Assembly (NCBI GenBank): GCA_965215015.1
Contig: OZ244042.1
Coordinates: 3,744,001 to 3,808,000 of the forward strand
Source of the DNA: Candidatus Poribacteria bacterium
GTDB taxonomy: Bacteria > Poribacteria > WGA-4E > PCPOR2b
Direction of reading: 5' to 3'
Length of the DNA stretch: 64,000 nt
The position numbers and the translations under genes were made by a program. How positions within the stretch are numbered: position 1 is the stretch's first letter; each line of letters begins with the position of its first letter. This document shows, piece by piece, positions 1-11,000 of this stretch. A model generated the notes under the pieces. The model saw only the letters and a program-made list of their open reading frames with translations, did not search any database and was not told the origin of the DNA.

Positions 1-1848
1 TCAATCTATTTGACCTTAGTCGCAGGTCAATCGGGTGCAGGGGCTGCACCTTGGGTAGCGGTTATTCTGTTTACAGAGTTGGCACGCAGGTCCTTCACGA
101 CAGCAAGGAGACAAGAACTTTACATTTTGCTAGGGTTGACCGGCGCGGCAGTCGGATCCGGAATCCATTATCGCGCCTATCCATTTGTCTGGTACGCCTA
201 CTTTATCAACACGCCGCAGGCACAGTCGTATGAAATCGCAGACAAAATCCCCTATTGGGTCGCACCAGCAAAGGACGCTGTCGCAATTGCAGAGCGGTCA
301 CTCCTACATATCGATTGGTTTTGGCCCCTTGCAATCTTCCTAATCATGAAGTTGCTGGCAGAAGTCCGCTATATTAGCGCAAGTTATTTCCTGTTCCGTC
401 TGACAGCAGATTTAGAGCGACTCCCCTATCCGCTAGCACCGATTCACGCACAAGGGGCAACCGCATTAGCCGAAACCACCGGACAGGGCGAAACATGGCG
501 TTGGCGCGTCTTTTCCATTGGATCTATGGCAGGGCTGTTCTGGGGATTTTTCTATATCGGTATACCCTCGCTCACGGGAGTGATGATGTCAACACCGATA
601 CAGATTCTGAAAATTCCATTTATCGACTTCACTCCAAGCATCGAAAGCTTTGCGCCATCGGGAATGTTTGCCCTGTGGACAGATTTCGGACTGATATTAC
701 AGGGGTTCGTACTGCCGTTTCCAATCATCATAAGCGAATTTGTCTCAGCGATGTTCACCCAATTTATCTTGAATCCGCAAATCCTTTACCGTTACGAAAT
801 TTTACATCAGTGGCGCCCCGGTCTGGATATGCGTGGAACCAAGCTATTTAACGACCTTGATTTTTGGTTGAGCTTCGACATGGGCAAATCCTTTAGCTTT
901 GCCGCCGTTGGCTTGGCAGCATCCATTCCAATCATGTTGAGTCTTAGACAGAAAAAACAGCAAGAGGCCGGTGCCCGAGGCTCGTTACAAACGCCACCGG
1001 GACGTGGCGATTTCCCAATCTGGTTGATGGGCGGTTTGTGGGTACTCAGTATGGTGGTATATGTATGGATTGTGCATCGGATGGTGCCAAACTTCCCCGT
1101 CGCTTTCCTGCTTGGCTTCGCCTTCCTGTATACTCCCTTACATTCGTATATCAACGCGCGAACATTTGGGGTGTTAGGGAGACCCCTCTTCGTGCTCCCT
1201 TACATCCATCAGGCAACGTTTATTTTAAGCCGCTACGAAGAGATCGACATCTGGTTTGTCCACCTACCAGATGAAGATTATGGCGCAGGCACACAGCACT
1301 GGCGCGTGCTTGAACTAACCGGCACCACCTTCACCAGCGATGTCCTTGGGCGCGCCTTGATGGTGCCGCTACTAATTGTTGCGACAATCATCGTCTGGCA
1401 TTTTATCTGGCAAATCGCGCCAATCCCGTCTTCACAATATCCGTTTGCACAGACATGGTGGCCCCTCTACGCAACCGATGAATGCCTCTGGAAAACCTCA
1501 CTCCGCGATGGAAACAGCCAGATGCTGCAAGCCATTCGTGGCGATTACGTGTCAGCCGGTTTTACCTCCTCGCTAGCAATCTACGGTTTTCTTTGGGTGG
1601 CGAAGCTACCCAGTATGTGGTTCTACGGTATTGTCGGCGGAATCGGTCAAGACCCAGGGATGATGGTCCCACGGGTTATCGGCGCACTCATCGGTCGATT
1701 CTACATGATCAAACAGTTCGGTCTGAAACGATGGTTTATGTATAACCCCGTCTTAGCGGCAGGCTTCACCTGTGGTGTCGGACTTGTCGGCATGGCTACG
1801 GTTGCGATTGCCCTGGTCTCCAAAGCAGTAATCGTCAAACCGTTCTAA
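1..1848 (+). CDS. OPT/YSL-like polytopic membrane (peptide transporter-like) protein, 5'-truncated by the window edge
   Basis: Open from base 1 (SIYLTLVAGQS...), many hydrophobic segments, clear paralogue of 2549..4543. Confidence 0.65.
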   Translation, partial: SIYLTLVAGQSGAGAAPWVAVILFTELARRSFTTARRQELYILLGLTGAAVGSGIHYRAYPFVWYAYFINTPQAQSYEIADKIPYWVAPAKDAVAIAERSLLHIDWFWPLAIFLIMKLLAEVRYISASYFLFRLTADLERLPYPLAPIHAQGATALAETTGQGETWRWRVFSIGSMAGLFWGFFYIGIPSLTGVMMSTPIQILKIPFIDFTPSIESFAPSGMFALWTDFGLILQGFVLPFPIIISEFVSAMFTQFILNPQILYRYEILHQWRPGLDMRGTKLFNDLDFWLSFDMGKSFSFAAVGLAASIPIMLSLRQKKQQEAGARGSLQTPPGRGDFPIWLMGGLWVLSMVVYVWIVHRMVPNFPVAFLLGFAFLYTPLHSYINARTFGVLGRPLFVLPYIHQATFILSRYEEIDIWFVHLPDEDYGAGTQHWRVLELTGTTFTSDVLGRALMVPLLIVATIIVWHFIWQIAPIPSSQYPFAQTWWPLYATDECLWKTSLRDGNSQMLQAIRGDYVSAGFTSSLAIYGFLWVAKLPSMWFYGIVGGIGQDPGMMVPRVIGALIGRFYMIKQFGLKRWFMYNPVLAAGFTCGVGLVGMATVAIALVSKAVIVKPF

Positions 1849-2181
1849 AGTAGTCGGCATACGCATACGCCGTATGCCGTAACCAATATCCATCAGACAG
1901 CACGGCGAACGCACTTACTATTAATAAGTTCATGGGCTCATTTGCAATCCCTGAACAAATCCGAATAAAGTTGAACCTGTACAACCGATTTAGCCGCTGT
2001 CATTCGTAGGGAACAATTCTTCTCGGACTCCCGGTCATCGCCCGGAGACTCATTGTTCCCTACACACAAACGCGTACCCCTGATTGGATAAGGAGATCAA
2101 GATTCATTCTTGACACCCAATTGTGATGATTGTTTGGAGAATCTTTTTTTCTTTTGAAGGTAGAATCAACCGGGGCACCTA

Positions 2182-2502
2182 TTGGGGGCGACCGCGGCGC
2201 GTCTAGTAATGTCCTGTATTTGCCTTCTTGTTTTTATCTTAACTATTGAGCAGCCAGTACACTTTAGCGTTACCGGCTTGTTTACTTTATCGTTATTCAT
2301 ACTCACATTACCGTTGTTCATACTCACATTCTACTGCGGCTATCCAATAGCCGTAAAACGTTGGCATGACAGAAACAAATCAGGTTGGTGGATACTGATT
2401 GAATGGATTCCACTTATAGGGACTTTCTGGACAATTATTGAATGCGGTTTTCTGAAAGGCACCGAAGGACCGAATCGGTTCGGACCAAACCCCTTAATAT
2501 AA
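2182..2502 (+). CDS. DUF805 (YhaH-like) inner membrane protein, possibly N-terminally degenerate
   Basis: Motifs VKRWHDRNKSGWW and GTEGPNRFGPNP typical of DUF805. Confidence 0.8.
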   Translation: MGATAARLVMSCICLLVFILTIEQPVHFSVTGLFTLSLFILTLPLFILTFYCGYPIAVKRWHDRNKSGWWILIEWIPLIGTFWTIIECGFLKGTEGPNRFGPNPLI

Positions 2503-2548
2503 CTGATCCGCTATGAACCAATGAACTAATGAACCACTAAGAGTTGTT

Positions 2549-4543
2549 ATGGCAAGAGAACGAGTTACACAAGCAGAAGAGTGGCAAGTCTGGGCGCAAC
2601 GCTACGACATTGATGGGGGCATCCGAACCTTCGAGTCGGGCTTAACGCTGAAGGTCTTCCTAGGAGCACTTTTCGTCGGCTTGCTGATGATGCCGGGGTC
2701 AATCTACCTGACCTTAGTCTCCGGTCAGTCCGGCGCAGGGGCAGCTCCGTGGGTCGCAGTCATCCTATTCACCGAGCTAGCCCGTCGATCTTTCACAACT
2801 GCTAGGCGACAAGAGCTTTATATGTTGCTTGGACTCACCGGCGCAGCGGTCGGGTCCGGGGGGCAGTACCGCGGTTTTATCTGGTACGCTTACTTTATCA
2901 ATACGCCACAAGCTGCGTCGTATGAAATTGCGGATAAAATCCCTTTCTGGATTGTGCCATCGAAAGATGCACTAGCGATTGCAGAGCGTTCGCTCCTGCA
3001 CATGGACTGGTTTTGGCCCATCGCATTCTTTCTGATATTCAAGTTGTTGGGAGAGATCCGCTATATTAGTGCAGGCTATTTTCTGTTTCGTCTGACAGCT
3101 GATATGGAGCGGCTTCCCTACCCAATGGCGCCCATCGAAGCGCAGGGCGCGACCGCATTAGCAGAGACCACCGGACGGGTCGAAACGTGGCGGTGGCGTG
3201 TCTTTTCGGTCGGATCTATGGCTGGGTTGATCTGGGGATTTATTTACATCGGTATCCCTTCACTCACTGGAGTGATGATGTCAACACCGATACAGCTCCT
3301 GAAGATTCCATTCATCGATTTTACAAACGTCATCGAAGAAATAGCGCCAACGGGGGTGTTCGCACTATCGACCGACTTTGGGGCGGTACTCACCGGTTTT
3401 GTACTGCCATTTCCCATTATCATGACGGAACTTGTCGGAGCCTTCTTTACCCAGTTTATTCTGAATCCACGAATCCTTTATCCGGCAGAAATCCTGCATC
3501 AATGGCGTCCCGGATTGGATGTCCGTGGTACAGGCTTATACAATGGGCTCGATTTCTGGATTAGCTTCGGGATGGGTAAATCTTTCAGCTTCGCCTTCGT
3601 TGGTATGGCAGCCTCGATTCCGATGCTGCTCAAGTTTAGACAGGCTCGACAAGAACAATCAGGGTTATCCAGATCACTACAAACACCGCCGGGACGTGGC
3701 GATTTTCCACTCTGGTTGATGGCAATCCTGTGGCTCTTTGGGATGGGAACTTTCATCTATATCGTTCACGTTTATATGGCACCGAACTTTCCGTTGGCTT
3801 TCCTGATCGGTTTTGCCTTTTTGTACACCCCGGTCAATTCATACATTACTGCGCGAACATACGGGATTCTCGGCCGCGACCTTTTCGAGATCCCTTACCT
3901 CCACGAAACGACATTTATCTTGAGTCGCTACGAGGAAATTGATATCTGGTTCGTCCCACTGCCGGACGAAGACTACGGACGCGGCACACAAAGCTGGCGG
4001 GTCCTTGAATTGACAGGGACCACCTTCACCAGTAGTATCGCTGCACGATTACTGCTTATGCCAATCCTGATTATCTCTGGCATTGTGGTCTGGCATTTTA
4101 TCTGGAAAGTCGCGCCAATTCCGTCGGCGCAATATCCGTTTGCACAGACATGGTGGCCCCTCTATGCGACCAACGAATGCCTCTGGAAAACCTCCCTCCG
4201 GGACGGAAATAGCCAGATGTTGCAAGCCATTCGTGGCAATTATGTCGTGGCCGGCTTCGCCTCCTCAATGGCAATCTACGGTTTACTCTGGGTGGCGAAG
4301 ATGCCAAGCATGTGGTTCTACGGGATCGTGGGGGGAATCGGTGCCGACCCCGGCATGATGCTTCCAAAAGTTATGGGGGCAATTATCGGCCGTTTTTATA
4401 TGATTAAGAAATTCGGTCTGAAACGATGGTTCATGTTTAATCCCGTTTTGGCAGCAGGCTTCATCTGCGGCGTTGGACTGGTTGGAATGGGAACCGTTGC
4501 GGTTGCGCTAGTCTCCAAAGCGGTAATCGTCAAACCGTTCTAA
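2549..4543 (+). CDS. OPT/YSL-like polytopic membrane (peptide transporter-like) protein
   Basis: 664 aa, many TM segments, ERLPYPMAP motif resembling the OPT family LPYP motif. Confidence 0.65.
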   Translation: MARERVTQAEEWQVWAQRYDIDGGIRTFESGLTLKVFLGALFVGLLMMPGSIYLTLVSGQSGAGAAPWVAVILFTELARRSFTTARRQELYMLLGLTGAAVGSGGQYRGFIWYAYFINTPQAASYEIADKIPFWIVPSKDALAIAERSLLHMDWFWPIAFFLIFKLLGEIRYISAGYFLFRLTADMERLPYPMAPIEAQGATALAETTGRVETWRWRVFSVGSMAGLIWGFIYIGIPSLTGVMMSTPIQLLKIPFIDFTNVIEEIAPTGVFALSTDFGAVLTGFVLPFPIIMTELVGAFFTQFILNPRILYPAEILHQWRPGLDVRGTGLYNGLDFWISFGMGKSFSFAFVGMAASIPMLLKFRQARQEQSGLSRSLQTPPGRGDFPLWLMAILWLFGMGTFIYIVHVYMAPNFPLAFLIGFAFLYTPVNSYITARTYGILGRDLFEIPYLHETTFILSRYEEIDIWFVPLPDEDYGRGTQSWRVLELTGTTFTSSIAARLLLMPILIISGIVVWHFIWKVAPIPSAQYPFAQTWWPLYATNECLWKTSLRDGNSQMLQAIRGNYVVAGFASSMAIYGLLWVAKMPSMWFYGIVGGIGADPGMMLPKVMGAIIGRFYMIKKFGLKRWFMFNPVLAAGFICGVGLVGMGTVAVALVSKAVIVKPF

Positions 4544-4719
4544 AGTAGTCGGCATACACCATACGCTGTATGCCGTAACCAATATCCATCAGACCGCACG
4601 ACGAGCGCACTTACTACAATGAGTTCAATAGTTCACCCGTTCATTTACACTCCCTGAACCAATGCAGATGAACTAAATAAGGTGTTTTGTGATGTCCGAA
4701 CCAAGTAAATTCACCGCAC

Positions 4720-4953
4720 TAGGGCGTGTTGACATTTGCTTAATTGAACCGATCGCCATTCCGAGCGTTTTCAATGCGTTGCCAATTTTCCAAAATCGAA
4801 AATACCTACAACATTGCGCCATAGAATACTAGACACGATAGGGGGACAATCCTGGCTCAATCGGCCCAGGACATTGCGCAAGAGTCCGGGTATTCTGTCG
4901 AGATGTGAATCTCGACCTACTAATTGGCGATAGCAAAATGTCAACACGCCCTA
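4720..4953. mobile_element. MITE-like element with terminal inverted repeats
   Basis: TAGGGCGTGTTGACATTT at the left end and AAATGTCAACACGCCCTA at the right end, no ORF; lone ends also near 31889 and 50880. Confidence 0.65.
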
Positions 4954-4972
4954 ATGAACTAATGAACCAACT

Positions 4973-5902
4973 ATGAAATGGACAACACTAGGGTGGAGCG
5001 GTATTACCCTCGAACTTCCTGAAGATTGGGAATTAAGCGGATTATCCGGCGACGATAAAAGCGGGTATTTGCGCCTAGAGGACGCCGATATACCGCGCCT
5101 TGAGTTAAAATGGTCCGAGTCAAAGCAGAAGAAGCCTGACCTCCAGCGCGTCCTCGACGACTATTTCAAGCTCGTTCGTAAAAATTATAAACGCAAAAAT
5201 ACAAACCTGCACATCCAACGGAATGTCAACCTAATCAAGGAGGCAGCGTTTTTCGAGAACCGAGAGGTTGCTTTCTTCAACTGGAAAGGGGAATTTCGGG
5301 CGAGCGGCGTCATCTTTCACTGCCACATCTGCAAACGAATCACGATTGTGCAGGTCATGGGGCATCTCAAGGAGAATATTCGGGACACAACCCATCGTAT
5401 TTTGAGCTCCGTTCAAGATCACCCCGTAGGACACGCAACGTTTTGGAATGTATACCAACTCAATGCGGAAGTGCCGAGACGGTATCGCCTCGACAAACAT
5501 AAACTGTTGTCCGGCTACCTGCTCTTTTCATTCGTAGACGGAAGTCGAAAGGTTAGCATTGAACGGTATGGAATCGCAGATGTTACCCTGAAGGAGCAGG
5601 ACCTTGAGGAGTGGTTTCGAGCGAGATACGCCAAAGCCATCCGCGGATACGGCTTCTCAATTGAGTCTAACAACAGTGATGCAGATGAACAACTGACGCT
5701 AATCGGGGAGGAAACGCGCATTATAGACCGTGTACCTTTTGCACCTGCTCTGATTATCGACAAAATAATGCGTCGTAAAACTTTCGCCATTTGCCTCTGG
5801 CACTGTCATCACTCGAATCGGATCTACGTTGTTCAAGCGATTGCCAAGCAAGATGCAGCCAAAACAGCGGAGGAGATAGCGGCGAGTATCCAGTGCCATT
5901 AA
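4973..5902 (+). CDS. Hypothetical protein
   Basis: 309-aa ORF co-oriented with the following PqqD-like and ABC ATPase genes. Confidence 0.75.
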   Translation: MKWTTLGWSGITLELPEDWELSGLSGDDKSGYLRLEDADIPRLELKWSESKQKKPDLQRVLDDYFKLVRKNYKRKNTNLHIQRNVNLIKEAAFFENREVAFFNWKGEFRASGVIFHCHICKRITIVQVMGHLKENIRDTTHRILSSVQDHPVGHATFWNVYQLNAEVPRRYRLDKHKLLSGYLLFSFVDGSRKVSIERYGIADVTLKEQDLEEWFRARYAKAIRGYGFSIESNNSDADEQLTLIGEETRIIDRVPFAPALIIDKIMRRKTFAICLWHCHHSNRIYVVQAIAKQDAAKTAEEIAASIQCH

Positions 5903-5973
5903 GCTCAGTTCACTAGTTCGTTTATTGGTTCATTTACATCCCCTGAACCAATGCGAATGAACCAAAGAAGCCC

Positions 5974-6393
5974 ATGATTAGTACAATCCTTTATAAACTC
6001 AAGCTCAAAAAACGTCCAGAATCCCAACTGGAGCGAGCAGATATTTTACAATCATTGCCGCTGCGCAACCAGTTAATCGAATGGGAAGTCGATCACAACG
6101 GGGAAGTGTCATTGGTTATCCCCCAAAAGGAGACCCTCTGGCTACGACTGGTTGCAAAGCTGTTTATGCTACCCCCCAAGCGTGTGGTTGTCTTAGACGA
6201 TGTCGGAGCCTTTGTGTGGCAACTGTGCGATGGGCATAATTCCATCGCTCAGATTGTCAAACAACTTTGTGGGAAGTATCGCATGACGAGAAAAGAGGCG
6301 GAGACTTCGCTATTCACGTTTATGCGGCAGTTAGGCAAGCGGGGAATGGTAGGATTTGCGGTTCCCCAAAAATCGAAGAAAGGAAAGCAATAA
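5974..6393 (+). CDS. PqqD-family (RiPP recognition element-like) protein
   Basis: LDDVGAFVWQLCDGHNSIAQIVKQL...LFTFMRQLGKRGMV matches the PqqD winged-helix pattern. Confidence 0.8.
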   Translation: MISTILYKLKLKKRPESQLERADILQSLPLRNQLIEWEVDHNGEVSLVIPQKETLWLRLVAKLFMLPPKRVVVLDDVGAFVWQLCDGHNSIAQIVKQLCGKYRMTRKEAETSLFTFMRQLGKRGMVGFAVPQKSKKGKQ

Positions 6394-6394
6394 A

Positions 6395-7219
6395 ATGGCA
6401 GAACTAGAAGGATTCTCTCCGGAAACAGCAGTGCATACCACTGTGCCGACGGAAACGCCTGCACGATTTGCGAGAGATTTACCCAAGGAAAACACAGTGC
6501 GAGTCAGAAACCTGATCAAGAAATACGAGATGGGCACCACTGTCGTTGAGGCACTGCGAGGCACCAATTTTGAGATTCGCCGTGGAGAGTACATCTCGAT
6601 TATGGGACCATCAGGCTCCGGTAAGTCAACGCTTTTCAACATGATTGGGGGCTTGGACAAGCCAACAGAGGGCAGAGTCTATATCGATGAAGTGGATATT
6701 GCACAACTGGATGCCTACGAATTGGCGTGGCTTCGCTGTCGCAAAATCGGTTACATTTTCCAGTCGTTCAACCTAATCCCTGTGATGACCGCCCTCGAAA
6801 ATGTCTCTCTTCCCATGATTTTCGCTGGGATGACCGCTGATGATAGCCGCATAAAAGCGATTGAATTACTAACTACTGTCGGATTAGGAGAACGGGTACA
6901 GCATAAGCCGCTTGAGCTCTCTGGCGGTCAGCAACAGCGTGTCGCCGTTGCGCGGTCGCTCGCAAACGATCCCGCAATTGTGCTCGCAGATGAACCGACC
7001 GGAAACCTAGACACACGGACCGGGCTTGAGATTATCGACCTCCTGAAAAGTCTGAACGAGGATAACGGGGTCACCATCATCACAGCCACCCACGACACAA
7101 AGATGCTTGATGTGTCGGATCGAATCTTCTACATGGCCGACGGCAAAATCGAAAAAATGGAGACCCGCGAAGAAATCGATCTGCAGGTGGGTAGACTCGA
7201 CGGTGAAGAAGTTGGGTAA
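6395..7219 (+). CDS. ABC transporter ATP-binding protein (LolD/MacB-like)
   Basis: Walker A GPSGSGKS, signature LSGGQQQR, LADEPTGNLD; ATG at 6395 follows the previous stop. Confidence 0.93.
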   Translation: MAELEGFSPETAVHTTVPTETPARFARDLPKENTVRVRNLIKKYEMGTTVVEALRGTNFEIRRGEYISIMGPSGSGKSTLFNMIGGLDKPTEGRVYIDEVDIAQLDAYELAWLRCRKIGYIFQSFNLIPVMTALENVSLPMIFAGMTADDSRIKAIELLTTVGLGERVQHKPLELSGGQQQRVAVARSLANDPAIVLADEPTGNLDTRTGLEIIDLLKSLNEDNGVTIITATHDTKMLDVSDRIFYMADGKIEKMETREEIDLQVGRLDGEEVG

Positions 7220-7360
7220 ACGTGATGCGTGCAACGTTAGAAGTACACACTAAAACAGAGGTCTCATCTTAAGAAATCGTGCAACAGAAACCGATTGAGT
7301 TCATGCGTTCACTCATGCATTAATAAACCAATAGACTAATGAACCAATGGTTTTCACGTT

Positions 7361-8314
7361 TCAATAGGTTTCCTTGAATAAGCGTGCTTTATCCCGCGCT
7401 CTTTCGATTTTTGACCATTGCGGAGCGTCCCGGGACAACCCTTCAATATCCGCTACAGTCAGACCGTCCGGAAGGTTGACAAGGTTCGACCCTATCCGAT
7501 AGAGCCACGGATAGATGCCATACTCCATGCCCTTTAACCCACACATATAAAACAGGGTAGCCGACTGCTCTAGCAGGGGGGCGAGTCCGTCCTGATGCTC
7601 TTCGAGGCGATCCTGTACATACATTTTGCCGCCGCGAGCGTTAGTTTGTTCCCGGCTGATCGCGGTGGTATAATGAAAATTTGGGTAACGGGCCGCGAAA
7701 TAGAGGAACTCCTCATTATACATAATGTCTGTGGAATACGGAACTCCAAAGATGAGCCACACCTCCCGCTCAAAGCCTTGATTGAATAGCTCAACAAGCA
7801 TCCCGACAAACGGGGCAATCCCCGTTCCTGTTGCGGTGAAGACGTAATTGTAGTCCAGCGGATTATCCGGCAGTAGGAAGCTCTTGCCCACAGGACCCGT
7901 GATGAGCATCTCATCGCCCGGCTTTGCGTCACAGATATAGTTTGAATCTACACCCAAAACCAATTCGCCTGTTTCTGCATCCTCCGCGATTTCTCGCTTT
8001 ACACACAGCGATACAGTTTCTCCCTTCCAATCATCGCCCCAGCAAGCGGAAGTGATCGAATACAGGCGAATTTTATTAGTCAGTGCCTCATGGGCATAAT
8101 TAAATTCTGCATTATTGAAGCGTCCAGCCGGCACCACGCCGATACTCTGACCAATGCGATATTTTCCCACCATTTTGCTCCCCTTCAGATTGAGAACGAC
8201 ATGCCAGCCATAGTTCGGGCTGGAACGATCTGTAATCTGATACTTACTCACGACCTCTGCCGGAAAGGGATTCTTTGGGGTATAAATATTTACCGCTATT
8301 TCTGGAATTGGCAT
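7361..8314 (-). CDS. Ferredoxin--NADP+ reductase (plant/cyanobacterial type)
   Basis: RLYSITS, TGTGIAPF, YMCGLKGM, C-terminal ETY; likely start at MPIPE (the ORF extends to 8398). Confidence 0.88.
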   Translation of the reverse strand: MPIPEIAVNIYTPKNPFPAEVVSKYQITDRSSPNYGWHVVLNLKGSKMVGKYRIGQSIGVVPAGRFNNAEFNYAHEALTNKIRLYSITSACWGDDWKGETVSLCVKREIAEDAETGELVLGVDSNYICDAKPGDEMLITGPVGKSFLLPDNPLDYNYVFTATGTGIAPFVGMLVELFNQGFEREVWLIFGVPYSTDIMYNEEFLYFAARYPNFHYTTAISREQTNARGGKMYVQDRLEEHQDGLAPLLEQSATLFYMCGLKGMEYGIYPWLYRIGSNLVNLPDGLTVADIEGLSRDAPQWSKIERARDKARLFKETY

Positions 8315-8836
8315 AAGTGGTGAATCAACAGGTTTTTCTAAGAAAGACGTTATCACGGTCCGCCTCCCGTCTAATATAATGATGAAAACTTTGAGCATAG
8401 ATCAGTGTTAAATTTTTTCACAGGGGAGATCCTAATCGGCGTAAAAATCTAACTATAGTTTTAACATTTGCTCATGTTAAGAAATCGTGCAACAGAAACC
8501 GATTGAGTTCATTAGTTCACTAGTGAACCAGTGGTTTTCACGTTTCACACGCTTCGCGTTTTGCACTTGCTTTTGACATGAATTTTATCATTATAGCACT
8601 GACCCAAATTGCTGTCAACAGAATTTCCGGGACCTTCGCTACTTTGAAGAATCACTGATCTTGACCTTTGTACCCCTAAGTAGATTGCTTATGATATAAT
8701 GTTTGGGAAATTGCAAAAGTTTACAACATTTTACAAAGATTCGCCCAGATTGGCGAAGATTCGTCGAGGAAATGAGAGTTGGTGCTTACTATCCGCGAAT
8801 CGCGCAAATCCACGCGAATAAAAACTGAGTGTTTTA

Positions 8837-9418
8837 TTGGAGCAAAGTATGGTATCCGTAGATGAACTGATCGATGTAATTGATAACGGAGATGAATTAA
8901 CCGCACAAAAACTTCTCGAACAGCAGCCCGCACTCGCCACCGGCGAATCGCTCAGAGAAGATGTCCTTCGAGGCGCAACACCACTGCATTGGGCAGCCCA
9001 CAGAAATATGACTGACCTGTGTGAGCGACTCATTGACTCAGGGGCAGACGCGAATGCCCGTCGAGCCCAATGGTGGCGGACCCCGCTCGCTTGGGCGGCG
9101 GACGCGGGGTGTACCGAAGCCGTTGAATTGCTCCTCAGAAATGGGGCAGATGTCAACGGAGACGCCTTCGGTATGACGACGGCACTTCATGCCGCAGCCC
9201 AAGGCGGTTCAACAAGCGGGAAGGAAAAGCCGGAAACCTATCGTAGAACCGCTCTGTTTCTGATAACACACGGGGTAGATATTAACCGTCGAGCAACGGG
9301 CGACCATGACCAAACTGCGTTGGATGACGCTATTCGGAAAGGAAATAAAGCCGTTGTTGAGGTCCTTGTCGAACATGGTGGGAAAACAGCAGCAGCACTA
9401 CGATTGGCGAACCAATGA
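8837..9418 (+). CDS. Ankyrin repeat protein
   Basis: TPLHWAA, TPLAWAA, TALHAAA and GADVN repeats. Confidence 0.9.
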   Translation: MEQSMVSVDELIDVIDNGDELTAQKLLEQQPALATGESLREDVLRGATPLHWAAHRNMTDLCERLIDSGADANARRAQWWRTPLAWAADAGCTEAVELLLRNGADVNGDAFGMTTALHAAAQGGSTSGKEKPETYRRTALFLITHGVDINRRATGDHDQTALDDAIRKGNKAVVEVLVEHGGKTAAALRLANQ

Positions 9419-9464
9419 ACCAACTTACGCATCACGTTTCATGCACTAGAAAAAGGAAACCCGT

Positions 9465-10625
9465 ATGTTCTCCTCCATCTTCAGTTTTCCTAACAAAATT
9501 ATCTTCGGTGTCGGGACCATTAACACACTTGCCGAGCAGCTTTCGGCGTTCTCTCCCCACAAAGTTTTATTGGTCACGGACAAGGGAATTTGCCAAACAG
9601 GACTGGTAAATGAAGTAACGCAGCGGCTCGAAGCGGCGCGAATTGACTACGTAATCTTCGATGGAGTCCACGGCAATCCCGTCGAAGAAGATGTGTTCGA
9701 GGGCGTGGCAGTTTTCCAGAAGGAAGGCTGCGATTTCGTAATCGGCATGGGCGGCGGCAGTCCTCTCGATGTCGCCAAGCTGATCTGCTTGAAGGCAACC
9801 CATCCACTGCCATTAGCAGAATACGAAGTCCTCAACGGCGGATTGAAGAAAATTTCGTCTGACCTTCCATCGATGCTTGCTATTCCAACCGCAGCAGGAA
9901 CTGGGAGTGAAGTCGGGCGCGGTGCCGTTGTTACAATAAAATCGCTGGACCGCAAAGCATTGGTCTTTAGTCCCCAGCTGCTTCCCAAAATCGCAATTGT
10001 TGATCCAGCATTGACCGTTGGACTGCCCAAAGCCTTGACCGCCGCGACGGGGATGGATGCACTTACCCACAACCTCGAATCCTATCTTTCGACCGTTTAT
10101 CATCCGATTTGCGATGCGATCGCGCTTGCTGGTGTAAAACTGGTCGCCCAAAACCTGCGGCGTGCTGTCGAGAATGGCAGCGACCTCGAAGCACGTGGTG
10201 CGATGATGATGGCGGCGATGATGGGGGCCATCGCATTTCAGAAAGAGCTGGGCGTCACCCATTCCTTGGCCCATCCCCTTTCAACCGTCGCAGGCTTGCA
10301 TCACGGGCTTGCAAACGCAATCCTCCTACCGTACACGATGGCGTTCAACCGGGAGGCGGCAACGGATCAACTGAGAGACATCGCCGCTGCATTCGGCGCG
10401 AATACCTACTCACTATCACCGGAGGAGGGCGCACAAGCCGCAATCGATCAGGTCACGCAGTTGTGTCAAGACATTGGCATCCCGTTCCGTTTGCGGGAGG
10501 TCAATGTAACGGCTGAGATGATTCCCCGCCTCGCGCAGCAGGCTATAGCGGATGGATGCCACCTAACCAATCCCCGCCCTTGCACTGAGGGGGACATGAT
10601 CAATCTATATCAACAGGCACTCTGA
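9465..10625 (+). CDS. Iron-containing alcohol dehydrogenase
   Basis: GGGSPLD, PTAAGTGSE, GMDALTH, HSLAH...HHG metal ligands. Confidence 0.93.
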   Translation: MFSSIFSFPNKIIFGVGTINTLAEQLSAFSPHKVLLVTDKGICQTGLVNEVTQRLEAARIDYVIFDGVHGNPVEEDVFEGVAVFQKEGCDFVIGMGGGSPLDVAKLICLKATHPLPLAEYEVLNGGLKKISSDLPSMLAIPTAAGTGSEVGRGAVVTIKSLDRKALVFSPQLLPKIAIVDPALTVGLPKALTAATGMDALTHNLESYLSTVYHPICDAIALAGVKLVAQNLRRAVENGSDLEARGAMMMAAMMGAIAFQKELGVTHSLAHPLSTVAGLHHGLANAILLPYTMAFNREAATDQLRDIAAAFGANTYSLSPEEGAQAAIDQVTQLCQDIGIPFRLREVNVTAEMIPRLAQQAIADGCHLTNPRPCTEGDMINLYQQAL

Positions 10626-11000
10626 TCGCATCGCGTTTCACGTCCCCCGCATCACGCATGAACCAATGAACTAGAGTTGTTATGGCGACGATGGCAGGTT
10701 CGGGCATTGTAGGTTGATTTTCCAAAATCGACAATCTTGTGTTGAGATGTGAATCTCGACCTACAGGCTGACCCTAGAACTATTGCCAATAACTGGGTAA
10801 CCTAGATTATTAGGAGTTACACCGTTTGTAGTAACGCCATTTAACCCGCGTTCCGATAGACGATAAATCGCCAACTGTAGCCACCCGATTCATCGGGCAT
10901 TGAGCGGGATGTTCACCGGCGATGAATCGCCGACGATCCCCTAACTATAGCACACTAGTCACGGCTTAAGTCATGGCTTAATCAACAGCGATATAGAAAT

